A stretch of 63,623 nucleotides of DNA, filler included, from Pirum gemmata (taxonomy: Eukaryota): the NCBI GenBank assembly GCA_002812295.1. It is 23 parts of 23 records of this genome, joined end to end, with 100 filler letters (N's around TTAATTAATTAA, not from the genome) between each part and the next. Parts side by side here need not be neighbours in the genome. Positions count along the whole stretch, not along the records: positions 62,223 to 63,623 come from PDIN01006650.1; 22 more parts are not named here. One strand, 5' to 3'. Below the pieces are notes generated by a model. The model was given only the letters and a program-made list of their open reading frames with translations. It made no database searches and was not told where the DNA came from. Positions 62,548 to 63,623 of the stretch are shown piece by piece. Positions within the stretch are counted from its first letter, which is position 1. Each line of letters starts with the position of its first letter. The position numbers were made by a program, and so were the translations under genes.

Positions 62548-63320
62548 CAATTTATTATTAATAAGCAATAAATAATAAGAAACAAACAATACCCAACAAA
62601 TAAATTAATTAAGCAACACATTAAACAAGCGAATCACAAATCACAAACAACGAGCATAATTATAACAACAAACAACAATCGCAAACGGTAAATAAATTTA
62701 AAACAACAAACTATGATACCGAACAACAAACAACAAACAACAAACAACAAACAACAAACAACAAACAACAAACAACAAACAACAAACAACAAACAACAAA
62801 CAACAAACAACAAACAAAAAACAACAAACAACAAACAACCATCACAAACAACAAACAACGAACATAACCACAAACAACAATCGCAAACGGCAAATAAATT
62901 TAAAACACCGAACTACAATACCAAACAACAACAACAACATAACAACAACAACATAATTTAATATTAACAATTACAAGCAATAAAAAATAAGAAACAAACA
63001 ATACCCAACAAACAAATTAATTAAGCAACATATTAAACAAGCAAATCACAAATCACAAATCACAAACAGCAAACATAACCACAAACAACAATCGCAAACG
63101 ACAAATAAATTTAAAACACCAAACTACAATACCAAACAACAACAACTACAACAACAACAACAACAACAAACAACAAACAACAAACAACAAACAACAAACA
63201 ACAAACAACAAACAATAAACAACAAACAACAAACAACAAACAACAAACAACAAACAACAAACAACAAACAACAAACAACAAACAACAAACAACAAACAAC
63301 AAAACGATAAACAACAATAT
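62440..63320. repeat. (CAA)n and (ACAAACA)n tracts inside a duplication with a period of about 410 bp
   Basis: 62563-62710 recurs at 62975-63120. Confidence 0.9.
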
Positions 63321-63623
63321 CACATGACATTGTAGACTAACTAAAAGTAATAAAATAATACATTATGCATTTTTATTATATTTCATTTATTTTGTCACTC
63401 CGAATATTTATTTGGTTGTTTATAATATTTAAATTGACACTTTTAAATAAATAAATATATAATAAAACATACCAAATTAAATAAAATGGATTTATATTAT
63501 ATTAATTTGGTATTATTTATTGTATATTTTATGACTGTATAAAAAAGGAAAGAAAAATAACGTGGCTCTGCTCTCTAGCTAGCTAGCTAGCTAGTAGCAG
63601 GAACGCGTGGACAACTTGGTCAA

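Noticed and set aside
6362..63330. Poly-Ile/Met/Leu-Thr/Val/Cys/Gln ORFs in the ORF track
   Set aside because: Translations of microsatellites and telomere-like arrays, open in several frames, with no independent coding signal.

Overview
AT-rich eukaryotic draft-assembly sequence, not one locus. It consists of 23 short contigs or mini-scaffolds (mostly about 2.4 kb) joined by 22 artificial 100-nt spacers (N-run, TTAATTAATTAA, N-run), so adjacency across spacers means nothing. Recognisable genes, mostly fragments with GT-AG introns: a secreted beta/gamma-crystallin + GH30 glycoside hydrolase, an orphan secreted protein, last exons of eEF3 and 6-phosphogluconate dehydrogenase, an EXS-family exon, a twice-frameshifted class-C-GPCR-like 7TM gene, an exon with seven YxxL motifs (one pair at ITAM spacing), an LCCL-domain membrane protein, an FG + Ran-binding-domain nucleoporin fragment, and a five-exon Pho84/PHT1-type phosphate transporter whose exons 3-5 lie upstream of exons 1-2. 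The gene mix suggests a unicellular opisthokont, possibly a holozoan such as an ichthyosporean (inference only). Non-coding DNA is dominated by about ten families of short terminal-inverted-repeat elements (some apparently targeting (TA)n), candidate P-element-type excision footprints, CTAG/AGCT palindrome fields, and interstitial TTAGGG-like hexamer arrays. Most entries in the supplied ORF track are microsatellite artefacts. All homology calls come from recalled family motifs; no database search was run.
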